Positions 26,266 to 35,685 of a DNA stretch of 64,000 nt are shown piece after piece. The translations under genes and the position numbers were made by a program. This DNA comes from Isosphaeraceae bacterium (lineage in GTDB: Bacteria; Planctomycetota; Planctomycetia; Isosphaerales; Isosphaeraceae). The stretch spans positions 3,882 to 67,881 of the forward strand of contig JANXSX010000158.1 of NCBI GenBank assembly GCA_025356475.1, in the 5' to 3' direction. The notes under the pieces were generated by a model that was given only the letters and a program-made list of their open reading frames with translations, did not search any database and was not told where the DNA came from. The first letter of the stretch is position 1. Each line of letters starts with the position of its first letter.

Positions 26266-26398
26266 GATGAATCCATTTACCCCGGGACTGATCGAGCGAG
26301 ACTTTAGGATTTCCCAAGAAATCGGTCAACGCCAACATCTCGGGCGTCTCGCCTGCTAAATTGAACTTTTCTGCCCAAGCCTAAAGATTTGAGGATCG

Positions 26399-28129
26399 AT
26401 GATGAGGCTCTTTTGTTACGCCAGTGCTTTGGCCACTTTGTGGTTCACAAACTCGGTAAATGGGCAGATTTTCGACAAGCATGTCGTTGTCTGCCAGCAG
26501 GAGGACGCTGCACTCGCGGGTCGCGAGGTTCTTCGTGCTGGTGGTAATGCCATCGACGCAGCCATCGCGACCGCGCTCGGCTTAGCCGTTACCCACCCCG
26601 CAGCGGGAAATTTGGGTGGTGGAGGTTTTCTGGTTGTCTACCTCGCCGACCGTAAGCTGGTGAAGACGATCGACTTCCGAGAGGCCGCGCCGCTGGCTTC
26701 GACCGAACGGATGTACCTGGATGACAAGGGGAAGATCCTTCCCAAACACCGCGCCGGGGCACGTGCTGCGGGAGTGCCCGGCACCGTCGCGGGGCTCGCA
26801 CTTGCACACAAGGAGTTCGGCAAGCTCCCGTGGGGGATGGTTGTTGCCCCCGCTCAGAAGCTAGCTCGGGAAGGATTTGTGATCTCGTCAACTCTGGCAA
26901 GCTCATTGAATCAGCAATTGGGGATGGGGAAGGAAGTGGGGGTCGATGAGGATCTCGGACCCGACGGTGAGAAACTTGGCGATTTCGCTTCATCCGTCGC
27001 TGTTTTCAAGAAGCCGGGAGGTGAAGTCTGGAATAAAGGCGATCGGCTCGTTCAACCTGACCTGGCCAACACACTCGACCGGATTGCAGCCGAGGGGGCG
27101 GATGGCTTCTACAAAGGAAGAACCGCAACACTAATCGCTGATTATATGACAAAAGAGGGGGGCCTGGTGACTCTTGAGGATCTGGCATCTTATCGCGCCG
27201 AGATCAAGTCGCCTTTGCATGGGACTTTTCGGAACCATGACATCTATGGGGCGGCTCCACCTTCCTCCGGTGGTGTGGTCATCTTGCAAGCTCTCAATAT
27301 CCTCGAACGATTCGACCTCAAGGCCGACGGACCTCACTCTCCCGTGACGCTCCACCGGGTGACCGAGGCGATGCGTCGTGCATTTCATACTCGTGCAGCG
27401 TCTATTGGCGATCCTGACTTTGTGCAGATTCCGGTCGAGCGGCTGATCTCTAAGCCTTACGCTGAGTTCCTTGCCCGGACGATTGCCCCGGCTTTTGCCA
27501 CCCCGAGCGTCATGCTCACTTCTAGCACCGTCGAGGGAGCGGAACCTAATCATACCACCCACCTATCCACGATCGATCAGGAGGGCTCGGCAGTCGCACT
27601 TACCTACACACTAGAGGAAGGATACGGCTCGAAGGCGGTCGTGGCAGGTGCGGGATTCCTGCTCAACAATGAGATGGGGGACTTCAACCTCACTCCAGGC
27701 TTAACCGACGCCACGGGAAGAATTGGCTTCGAAGCGAATCGAATCGTTCCCAGAAAACGAATGTTGAGTTCGCAATCACCCACAATCGTGATGAAGGGGG
27801 GAAGGGTCAAGCTGGTGACCGGCTCCCCGGGTGGAAGAACGATCCCAAACACAACCCTCTGGGTGATCCTGAACGTGATCGAGTTCGAGTTGCAGCCCCG
27901 CGCTTCGGTCGATGCCGCTCGAACTCATCACCAATGGTTCCCCGACATCTTGAAGTTGGAGGGGAAGAAGTGGGAGGTGGCAACCGTTGAGCGCCTGAGA
28001 CAGATGGGACATGTGGTGAAGGTTGGTGGCATCCAGGGAGACGCTCATTCGATTGTTGTTGACGAACAAGGGAAGAGACACGGCGTCGCAGATCAACGTC
28101 GAAAGACATCGACCGCAGCAGGTGACTGA
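26399..28129 (+). CDS. ggt: Gamma-glutamyltranspeptidase
   Basis: It has a signal peptide. GGNAIDAAIATALGLAVTHPAAGNLGGGGF is present, as is the autoprocessing and catalytic Thr region NHTTHLSTIDQEGSAVALTYTLEEGYGS. GSPGGRTIPNT is also present. Confidence 0.93.
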   Translation: MMRLFCYASALATLWFTNSVNGQIFDKHVVVCQQEDAALAGREVLRAGGNAIDAAIATALGLAVTHPAAGNLGGGGFLVVYLADRKLVKTIDFREAAPLASTERMYLDDKGKILPKHRAGARAAGVPGTVAGLALAHKEFGKLPWGMVVAPAQKLAREGFVISSTLASSLNQQLGMGKEVGVDEDLGPDGEKLGDFASSVAVFKKPGGEVWNKGDRLVQPDLANTLDRIAAEGADGFYKGRTATLIADYMTKEGGLVTLEDLASYRAEIKSPLHGTFRNHDIYGAAPPSSGGVVILQALNILERFDLKADGPHSPVTLHRVTEAMRRAFHTRAASIGDPDFVQIPVERLISKPYAEFLARTIAPAFATPSVMLTSSTVEGAEPNHTTHLSTIDQEGSAVALTYTLEEGYGSKAVVAGAGFLLNNEMGDFNLTPGLTDATGRIGFEANRIVPRKRMLSSQSPTIVMKGGRVKLVTGSPGGRTIPNTTLWVILNVIEFELQPRASVDAARTHHQWFPDILKLEGKKWEVATVERLRQMGHVVKVGGIQGDAHSIVVDEQGKRHGVADQRRKTSTAAGD

Positions 28130-28191
28130 AACCGCCGGGTGTCTCTCTCACAACAAGTTCTCAGATCCGTGAGAAATCACTACGAAAACGC

Positions 28192-28503
28192 GTGGATGTG
28201 GGCCAGAGCCGCTTCTTCGGAACGGTTGTGGCCTACGATTTCGACAGTGGGGACCAACGAAGCGTCTGGGAAGTCCACTCGGTGGAGCCCGACACCAGCA
28301 CCAGGTCAAACACCATGAGCCCGACAATTTTGCTGAGAATTACGGACGGAATTGTCCACATGCATCGCTCGTTCACAGATTTCGATCAGGCTCAGAGGAG
28401 CGCCGAGGCGTTTGCGGGGGCTGGATTTAGTGTGGCGATGATCTCGGCGACGGGTCGGTTTCTGATGAACTTTGAGGCGGCCTCGAAGCGTAACGCAGGG
28501 TGA
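28192..28503 (+). CDS. Small hypothetical protein
   Basis: This is a 103-aa ORF with a GTG start. An alternative ATG gives a 62-aa product (MSPTILLRITDG...). I recognised no motif. Confidence 0.35.
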   Translation: MDVGQSRFFGTVVAYDFDSGDQRSVWEVHSVEPDTSTRSNTMSPTILLRITDGIVHMHRSFTDFDQAQRSAEAFAGAGFSVAMISATGRFLMNFEAASKRNAG

Positions 28504-28716
28504 TTTTGGGAACTTTTGAGGGCTCACCCAGGAAAATTGCAAAAAATCGGCGGAAAAATGGGACGAAGTGATGGAAATTGCGATTTTTTCTGTATCTTTA
28601 GGTGAGACGAGTCGAAATCAACTCGCAGAGGCCATTGCCGCTGACTCTTCGTTGGAGTTCGGGCTGTGGATCGAACAAGGCACGTTCCCCACTTAATTCA
28701 GGAGGCCACGTCTCCC

Positions 28717-29091
28717 ATGGCCAAGAAAGCCGCTCCGAAAGCAGCCCCCGCGAAGCCCGCTCCGGCCCCCAAGGCGCCCGCACCCAAGGTGAAGGCCGCG
28801 ACAAAGGGCGAGATCTACACCAAGCTGTCTGAAAAGACGGGCCTCTCCAAGAAAGACATCTCAAGTGTCTTTGATTCGCTCAGTGAGTTGATCAGCACAC
28901 ACCTCGGCAAGAAAGGCCCCGGCCTCTTCATCATCCCTGGCCTTTTGAAGTTGAAGGTCGTCCAGAAGGAAGCCACCAAAGAGAAGCAGGGGATTAACCC
29001 CTTCACCAAAGAGCCCATGGTCATCAAGGCCAAGCCCGCTCGCAAGGCCATCAAGGCACTTCCGCTCAAGGCCCTCAAAGATCTGGTTTGA
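28717..29091 (+). CDS. hup: HU/IHF-family DNA-binding protein with N-terminal Ala/Lys/Pro-rich tail
   Basis: The ATG at 28717 is preceded by GGAGG (28701-28705). The tail is MAKKAAPKAAPAKPAPAPKAPAPKVKAATKG. The HU fold then follows: EIYTKLSEKTGLSKKDISSVFDSLSELI ... GLLKLKVVQKEATKEKQGINPFTKEPMVIKAKPARKAIKALPLKALKD. Confidence 0.85.
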   Translation: MAKKAAPKAAPAKPAPAPKAPAPKVKAATKGEIYTKLSEKTGLSKKDISSVFDSLSELISTHLGKKGPGLFIIPGLLKLKVVQKEATKEKQGINPFTKEPMVIKAKPARKAIKALPLKALKDLV

Positions 29092-29282
29092 CCCACCCGA
29101 TCTCGTCCTCAAGTTCGACCGATCTGACGCCCTAGCTAAATCAACCCGATTTGGCTGGGGCGTTGCTCGTATCCTGATCCCTGCACGACCTATTCGGCAA
29201 GGATTCAATATCATGGGTGGATCGGCCATGATATAAGCCGTTAACTTTTCCTCCAGAGTCTTACCCCTACGAGTACGAAATC

Positions 29283-30047
29283 ATGGTTCAAACCCCACGT
29301 CGGCAGCGCACCCCTCTTCTGAGTTTGTTGCTCGGCCTCTCGATGGTGTCCGTCGGCTCCAGCTTTCAAGCCGATCTCGGTGGGACTGCGACGAAGCCTG
29401 AGGCTCGGGCTGACGAGTGGTGGCAGAACTTACACCAGTCTTTTCTCGAACGCGCCAAGAGGCCCATGGATGTCCTCTTCCTCGGTGATTCGATCACACA
29501 GGGTTGGGGAGAGAACGCTGTCTGGAAAGAGTTCTACGCCAAGCGGAACCCTGCGAACTTTGGGATCGGTGGTGATCGAACTCAGCACGTCCTCTGGCGG
29601 CTGAGTCATGACGAGATCAAGGGAGTTAGCCCGAAGATCGTCGTCCTGATGATCGGCACAAATAACGTGGGAGTAAACACCTCGGCCGAGATCGCGGAAG
29701 GTGTCCGGGAGATCGTCGCGACTCTGCGTAAGAGACTGCCAACCACCAAGGTGCTACTTCTTGGGGTCTTCCCTCGAGGAGAGAATCTCTCTCGGGAGTA
29801 TCGAGATGCAAACGAGACCGCGAAGCTCGCGACTCAGCCCGCCGAGATTAACGCGCTAATTGCTAAGCTCGACGACGGGAAAATGGTTCGCTACTTGGAC
29901 GTCAGTCTCAAGTTTGTCAGTGGAGATGGAACGCTCCCCAAAGAGCTCATGCCTGACTTCATCCACCTCTCCGTGCAGGGCTATCGGATTTGGGCCGAGG
30001 CCATGGAGCCCCTCGTCGCCGAGTTGATCGGTGAGTCTAGGTCGTGA
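29283..30047 (+). CDS. SGNH/GDSL-family hydrolase (PAF-acetylhydrolase-like), secreted
   Basis: The four SGNH blocks are present: FLGDSITQGWG, GIGGDRTQHVLWRL, VLMIGTNN and DFIHLS. It also has an N-terminal signal peptide. Confidence 0.88.
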   Translation: MVQTPRRQRTPLLSLLLGLSMVSVGSSFQADLGGTATKPEARADEWWQNLHQSFLERAKRPMDVLFLGDSITQGWGENAVWKEFYAKRNPANFGIGGDRTQHVLWRLSHDEIKGVSPKIVVLMIGTNNVGVNTSAEIAEGVREIVATLRKRLPTTKVLLLGVFPRGENLSREYRDANETAKLATQPAEINALIAKLDDGKMVRYLDVSLKFVSGDGTLPKELMPDFIHLSVQGYRIWAEAMEPLVAELIGESRS

Positions 30048-30074
30048 GGGTTGGAACGGTCGAGGGATAATACG

Positions 30075-31088
30075 TCACGATGAGTTTCGTCCCTCTTCCG
30101 ACTGCCGGACTTCACCGAGGAGGTACGTCGTCTTGTGTTGCGACTCGTAATACGTGCGCATGATCATCTCGGCCAGCACCCCCATCATGATGCTGAGTAT
30201 TCCCGCGAGAAAGAACATCGCGGTCAGGCTGGGTAGCGGCGTTTGGACGAAATCCTTCTTCTCATTGCCAGTGAGCGGGGCGTGGAGGAACTTGAAGTAG
30301 ATCATCACGGCGAACGTAAAGATGCTCAGAGCGATCGACCACAGGCCGATCCGCCCGAACAGATGGATTGGCCTCTGAGCGTAGCGCTGGAAGAAACGGA
30401 TCAGGATCAGGTCCAGCACAACATTGAAGGTCCGGCCCAGCCCATACTTGGTCTTTCCTGCGGTTCGAGCGCGATGGTGGACCTCCATCTCAGTGACCTT
30501 GGCCCCTTGCCAGGTGGCAAACACCGGAATGAATCTGTGCATCTCACCGTAGAGCCGGACCCCCTCCAAGACTTTTCGCCGATAGGCTTTCATCGTGCAG
30601 CCGAAGTCGTGGAGTTCGACCCCCGAAAGCCGAGCGACGATTCTGTTGGCGATCAATGAGGGAATCCGTCGCGTGAGGAACTTATCCTGCCTCTGTCTTC
30701 TCCAACCGGAGACAACGTCGAAACCCTCGTTGAGTTTCGTTAAGAGCTTGGGGATATCTGCTGGGTCGTTCTGTCGGTCTCCGTCCATGGGTATGAGGAC
30801 ATCACCCCTGGCCAGGTCCAGAGCAGCGGAGAGGGCGGCGGTCTGCCCGCAGTTCCTTCGTAAGAATGCGACCCGGACATGATCGGGATCGCAATCTTGG
30901 ATTGCCTCCAGTTTCTTGATCGTCCCATCACTCGACCCGTCATCTACGAAAATAATTTCGTAAACAAGTCCAATCCCCTTCAAGGTGGTGTCTAATTCTT
31001 GGTGGAGAGGACCTACGTTTTCAACCTCGTTAAAAACGGGAATCAGAATCGAAAGGTCGCATTTGCCAGTCGGCATAACAAGACTCAC
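30075..31088 (-). CDS. Glycosyltransferase family 2, polyprenyl-phosphate glycosyltransferase-like (two C-terminal TM helices)
   Basis: Motifs are LSILIPVFNE, EIIFVDDGSSDGT, MDGDRQNDP (the DxD motif) and VSGWRRQRQD, followed by C-terminal hydrophobic helices. Confidence 0.88.
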   Translation of the reverse strand: MSLVMPTGKCDLSILIPVFNEVENVGPLHQELDTTLKGIGLVYEIIFVDDGSSDGTIKKLEAIQDCDPDHVRVAFLRRNCGQTAALSAALDLARGDVLIPMDGDRQNDPADIPKLLTKLNEGFDVVSGWRRQRQDKFLTRRIPSLIANRIVARLSGVELHDFGCTMKAYRRKVLEGVRLYGEMHRFIPVFATWQGAKVTEMEVHHRARTAGKTKYGLGRTFNVVLDLILIRFFQRYAQRPIHLFGRIGLWSIALSIFTFAVMIYFKFLHAPLTGNEKKDFVQTPLPSLTAMFFLAGILSIMMGVLAEMIMRTYYESQHKTTYLLGEVRQSEEGRNSS

Positions 31089-31094
31089 TTTCCA

Positions 31095-32012
31095 TCAACC
31101 GATCATATATTGAATCAAATGCCGACGTGAAATAACGAGCGATTCTTTACGTTTAGCGAGCGATCCCTCGAACGCTCGGTCTTCCACCTCAATGGCGACG
31201 GCCCCGTCATATCCAGTATCAGCCAATGCTCCCAGAAATTGTCCCCAGTTGACATCGCCGAGTCCCGGAAGCTTCGGTGTATGCCAGAGTTTGGGGTAAG
31301 ACAGCACACCGTGCTGATTCAAAGCCGAGTGGTCAATTCTCGCATCCTTGGCATGAATGTGGATCAGACGATCCTTGAACTCGCTCAGAGGTGAGATATA
31401 GTCCATCTGTTGCCAGATGAAGTGGGAAGGATCGAAATTCAGGCCGAAATGGGAGGAGGGAATCGCATCGAACATGCGTCGCCAGATGGCGGGGCAGGTT
31501 GCGAGATTCTTACCTCCTGGCCATTCATCTTCTGAGAACAGCATCGGGCAATTTTCAATGCCGATTCGCACCTGTTTCATTTCCGCATGCGTGATTATTG
31601 TACGCCATGTTGCCATGAAGTGTGGCCAGTTGGCCTCGATGCTAAGGCTGGGGTCCCGCCCGACGAAGCTATTCACCACGCCAATCCCTAGAGCTGATGC
31701 CGCGTCGATCACCTTCATCAAATGGGAGACAGCGACTTTCGACTCCTCATTGTTTGGACTCAAAGGATTGGGATAATACCCGAGTCCAGAGATATTCACT
31801 CCGTATTTGTCGAGGAGAGCCCGAACTCCGTCGAGCTTCGTCTCTGAGAGGTCCGTGGCATCGAGATGGGTGACGCCTGCGTATCTGCGTTCCGCCTTTC
31901 CCGGTGGCCAGCACATGACCTCAACTGATGAGAATCCTGCCTCTGAAGCGAAGATCAACACTTCTTCCAAGGAGAGATCAGGAAAAATCGCAGTCACGAA
32001 CCCGATGTTCAT
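31095..32012 (-). CDS. Sugar phosphate isomerase/epimerase (xylose isomerase-like TIM barrel)
   Basis: The family-typical layout is present: [10 protein letters not shown]..., [28 protein letters not shown] and AIEVED. The track ORF extends to 32057, and I prefer the ATG at 32012. Confidence 0.85.
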   Translation of the reverse strand: MNIGFVTAIFPDLSLEEVLIFASEAGFSSVEVMCWPPGKAERRYAGVTHLDATDLSETKLDGVRALLDKYGVNISGLGYYPNPLSPNNEESKVAVSHLMKVIDAASALGIGVVNSFVGRDPSLSIEANWPHFMATWRTIITHAEMKQVRIGIENCPMLFSEDEWPGGKNLATCPAIWRRMFDAIPSSHFGLNFDPSHFIWQQMDYISPLSEFKDRLIHIHAKDARIDHSALNQHGVLSYPKLWHTPKLPGLGDVNWGQFLGALADTGYDGAVAIEVEDRAFEGSLAKRKESLVISRRHLIQYMIG

Positions 32013-32191
32013 CGCATTTGCCTCGACCGTCATTACGCTTAAGGAGTCGGGTGCCAACCCGAGTCATGTGTCGTCGAGAACATTGGCCAGTCTAGCAAGC
32101 AAACCCGGGGACCATCCTGGTCACCGGGTCTTGGAACAACTCAAGTCGGTCCGAACACCGCATCCCATGCTATGTTCCTAGGCTCAACGAA

Positions 32192-33256
32192 TCAATGATG
32201 GGGATGACCGTGAACTGCAGAGGCGTGAGGAGTGTCGATCGGCCCTTCAGGTCCATTGACCGCATTCGAGTACATGAACTGAATTGGGACGGTTCCACTC
32301 CCATCAGCGAGTGGGACCTCTTTGAAGACAAGGGTCAACGGGTTGGCCTCGAAGACTGGGAAGTCGCCAATTTCTTCACCTTGGGCAGAAGTCCAGCCCA
32401 GAAATCGAGCACCATTAGGGTCGTTTCCCGCCTTAATGGCATCCTCGACATCCGCGTCGGTACGTGCTTCCTGGAGCTCATGGTAGAACGTGGCCACCAC
32501 GTTCTTCCAGGGCTGGTCGAAGACCGGAATCCCGTTCCGAGTTCCGTCTGGCAGTACCTGAGAGAAGACCCCTACCGCATAGTAGAGAGTCTTACCACCG
32601 ACATGGACCGATCCATGGTACCCTCCTAGGCCATTCGTCGAATCTTCGGCATCGGCATGAACAGGGTTTACACCCGCCGCAGGATGTGCGCCGTGGGCGG
32701 CTTGCGCATGGGCAATAACTGACATTGTGCGGTTCAGGTCGGTATTGAGAACAGTGCCGGGCGGGAGCATGAGATTGAAAACGGTGGCACCCAAATCAAA
32801 ACCCGTCAATTTGCCTTGATTGAAGAGGTCGGCGATCATCGCCTCTGTATCCCCCTGGGTGAACGCCGCCGGTGCAGGCACAGGGACTTTTCTCGACGGC
32901 TTAAAGTGATTGGCGAGCACCTGGTTGGGGAAGTACTGGGCCATCACGTTATTCAATCGTCGGTCCGACATTGCCGCGCTGAGGGCATTGTCGATGTTCT
33001 GCATGTCCGCTGCAGCCCACGCGGTGTCGCCCGCAATATAGAAATTCGTAAACGTCAGTGATGCGAGCGTTTTGCCCCCATGAAAAATCAGATTGTGGGC
33101 AGCCGTGCGTGGCAAACCGGGGGCGAGGACTTCAGGGGTGAGGACCGGGACACCCGGCAATCCTCCACGCGTTCTTGCACCATGAGCGGCCGCAGTCCCA
33201 TGGGAGGCGGCGACATTCATCGGACGTCCCAACGACTTCACTGGCTGATTCGACAT
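32192..33256 (-). CDS. Hypothetical protein with His-rich C-terminus
   Basis: The track ORF runs to 33484, but its first 76 codons look non-protein-like. I prefer the ATG at 33256 (MSNQPVKS), which has AAGGGA upstream. Notable stretches are LIFHGGKTL, GGYHGSVHVGG, FYHELQEARTD and the C-terminal HASAVHGHPHH. I recognised no family. Confidence 0.6.
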   Translation of the reverse strand: MSNQPVKSLGRPMNVAASHGTAAAHGARTRGGLPGVPVLTPEVLAPGLPRTAAHNLIFHGGKTLASLTFTNFYIAGDTAWAAADMQNIDNALSAAMSDRRLNNVMAQYFPNQVLANHFKPSRKVPVPAPAAFTQGDTEAMIADLFNQGKLTGFDLGATVFNLMLPPGTVLNTDLNRTMSVIAHAQAAHGAHPAAGVNPVHADAEDSTNGLGGYHGSVHVGGKTLYYAVGVFSQVLPDGTRNGIPVFDQPWKNVVATFYHELQEARTDADVEDAIKAGNDPNGARFLGWTSAQGEEIGDFPVFEANPLTLVFKEVPLADGSGTVPIQFMYSNAVNGPEGPIDTPHASAVHGHPHH

Positions 33257-33522
33257 CACAATTCCCTTTCGACTTTTACGCCCGCCGTGAAATATCAACG
33301 ACAGGCACCTTTTGCTTACCCACCACGACCGATCAGCCAGGATAGGAACTGGCTTGACCGAGAGGGAGGTGACAACGCACCTCACTCGGCTCTCATCATG
33401 GACCTTCGGTGGGCGGATGTCACGCAAAATCCAGAAACCATAACTTTCGACGTTGGGCTGACGAGAGTCCTGGGACAAAAACATTCGATATATTATATGA
33501 ACAAGTGATATTTTCTAAAAAT

Positions 33523-34689
33523 TCAAGAAAGGCTCACCCAACGCTCTTCGCGATGGCTCGACGCAATTGCCTCACACAGAAGCAGTTCCCGATGGCCATC
33601 GGCGAATGAGGGGTAGGTTGGATTCTGAAGTTGTTGGTTCGCGATGCGTTGGTAGACATCAAGGAAGAGCTGCTTGAACGTGTCTGGAAATCCTTCTGCG
33701 TGACCTCCCGGGTAATGGGTGGCGTTCGCGGCTGCCGTTGAGAGTAACGCGGGGTCGCGTTCGAAACGTTCGTTGGGCCGGTCGCGATAACCGATCCAGA
33801 GTTGATTCGGTTCCTGACTATCCCACGCCATTGAGCCTTCGGTCCCGCCGATCTCCAACCAAAGCCGGTTCTTCCGTCCTGCGAATACCTGCGAGACCTG
33901 AAAGGCTCCGCGCGCACCGCCGCCAAGTCTCAAGAGCACAGAACCCTGGTCCTCGGTCGACACTTTTACCGGGACTGTAGGCCTCTCCCCGCCCCAGCCG
34001 CCGAAGGTCTCGGAGGGGCCAGCGGGACATCTTCGTGTCTGGTGAACGATCGAGAGGTCTGCAAAAACGGCCTCAATCCGGAGGCCGCTCACCCACTGGG
34101 CAAGATCCATCCAATGGGTACCGATGTCCGCGATTGCCCGGAGGTTGGAGCCGCCATCGGGCTCGATTCTCCAGTTGAAGTCGCGAGGACTGAGCAGCCA
34201 ATCTTGAGTGTACGAGCCACTCACGTTGATCACACGGCCGAGGTCGCCCTTGGCTATGCGAGCCTTCATCTCCATGCAAAGCGGGTAGTACCGAATATTG
34301 TAATTGACCGCCGCAGCCAGTTCTGGCTTCGAGCTGGCCAACTGGACCAGGCTCGCTGTCTCAAAGGATCGGACACCAAGAGGCTTCTCACAGATCACGT
34401 GCCGGCCAGATTCGAGAAGCTGGTGAACCTGCTCGAAGTGGAGCGAATTTGGCGAAGCAACATGCACAATCTGAACACTGGGGTCGCCGAGAAGTTGGTC
34501 GAGATCTTGGTAGATCGTGACATTGCCCAAACTTTGAGCGAATGGCTTCGCCCGATCGGGGCTGGAACCGAGGACGCCGACGACCTCAACACCGATACGC
34601 CGCAGCGCTTCGGCATGGACAGGACCAATGAATCCACCGCCCAGAATTGCTGCCTTCGGCGCGGGGCTGAGGACGTGTGGGGCCGGCAT
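33523..34689 (-). CDS. Gfo/Idh/MocA-family NAD(P)-dependent oxidoreductase
   Basis: The N-terminal Rossmann segment is AAILGGGFIGPVHAEAL. VASPNSLHFEQV and ICEKPL are also present. Confidence 0.88.
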   Translation of the reverse strand: MPAPHVLSPAPKAAILGGGFIGPVHAEALRRIGVEVVGVLGSSPDRAKPFAQSLGNVTIYQDLDQLLGDPSVQIVHVASPNSLHFEQVHQLLESGRHVICEKPLGVRSFETASLVQLASSKPELAAAVNYNIRYYPLCMEMKARIAKGDLGRVINVSGSYTQDWLLSPRDFNWRIEPDGGSNLRAIADIGTHWMDLAQWVSGLRIEAVFADLSIVHQTRRCPAGPSETFGGWGGERPTVPVKVSTEDQGSVLLRLGGGARGAFQVSQVFAGRKNRLWLEIGGTEGSMAWDSQEPNQLWIGYRDRPNERFERDPALLSTAAANATHYPGGHAEGFPDTFKQLFLDVYQRIANQQLQNPTYPSFADGHRELLLCEAIASSHREERWVSLS

Positions 34690-34713
34690 GTGCGAGGTAC
34701 TCGTGTTTTGGCT

Positions 34714-35604
34714 TCAAACGCGACATGCGGCGAAAATCATTCCGACCGCCAACCCACTAAAGTGTGCGGCGTTGGCTATGGGGCCCATCCGGCCTGATGC
34801 GCAAAGGGCAAGGAAGATCAGGAAGTAGAGGACCTGATTCTGGCTGAGCCGGAACCCCGAACTTGGGTCGTTGCGTCCTGTGATCCAGACATAACCAAAC
34901 AAAGCACAGATCACACCCGACATTCCCCCGAATGGTCCGGGGCCGTTCCAGGCAACTTGCCCCACGTTGGAAACGACAGCAGATACGAACGACAAGATCA
35001 ACATGATTCGCGTGGGTTTGCGTCGCTCGATCAAGCCACCGAGCTGCCATAAGCTTGTCATGTTGAAGAGTAAGTGCATCGCGGAGAAGTGGATGAAGAT
35101 CGGCGTGATCAACCTCCAGATCTGTCCCTGCTGCAAGGCTCCCAAGCCCCAAAGTTCCTGGCCGGTGGGGCTGAGCGTCGGGTTCGCGAGCATGAGGGAA
35201 ACTTCGAACGTTTCGTTTGTGCTCCCAATCATGGTCATCGCCGCGACGATCAAGCTTAGGCCAAGCAAGGCGGCAGTTACGGGTCGACCTCGTGCCGAGG
35301 ATGTGGTCGTTGCCCACGAGCCATTCAAACTCTTGGTGTTCTTGAGGTGCTCGCGTGTCTTGCGAACTTCCTCTTGGCGAATCGCTTCAGCACCTGATCG
35401 GGCATCGCCATATTTGGGGTCGTTGGCATTGGCCACGAAAGCGTTCAGCTCGTTGGCTGCAAGCACACGTTGGTCTTCGTGAACGACCCAAAGACTCCAC
35501 CCATCGGACTCTGGGAGGACTTTGGTCGGGATTTCGAGAGTCAACAGGTAGTCGGCCAGCCGACGCACCTCGGACTCGACAGGCAAGGTGCCGATTTGCC
35601 GCAT
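34714..35604 (-). CDS. Rhomboid-family intramembrane serine protease with cytoplasmic N-terminal domain
   Basis: Rhomboid motifs are HFSAMHLLFNMTSLWQLGGLIE and GGMSGVICALFGY (the catalytic GxSG). The catalytic His is in NAAHFSGLAVG. Confidence 0.88.
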   Translation of the reverse strand: MRQIGTLPVESEVRRLADYLLTLEIPTKVLPESDGWSLWVVHEDQRVLAANELNAFVANANDPKYGDARSGAEAIRQEEVRKTREHLKNTKSLNGSWATTTSSARGRPVTAALLGLSLIVAAMTMIGSTNETFEVSLMLANPTLSPTGQELWGLGALQQGQIWRLITPIFIHFSAMHLLFNMTSLWQLGGLIERRKPTRIMLILSFVSAVVSNVGQVAWNGPGPFGGMSGVICALFGYVWITGRNDPSSGFRLSQNQVLYFLIFLALCASGRMGPIANAAHFSGLAVGMIFAACRV

Positions 35605-35685
35605 GAAACACCTGACCCGCTGGGCCCCTGAAACAGGTCATTAACTCAGCCCTGATCTTACCATAAATCGGTGATGTCGGAATGC

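Noticed and set aside
25682-26359. 225-aa plus-strand ORF
   Set aside because: It is antisense to the SurA-like gene and has an Arg/Ser/Ala-rich, non-protein-like composition. I judge it a shadow ORF.
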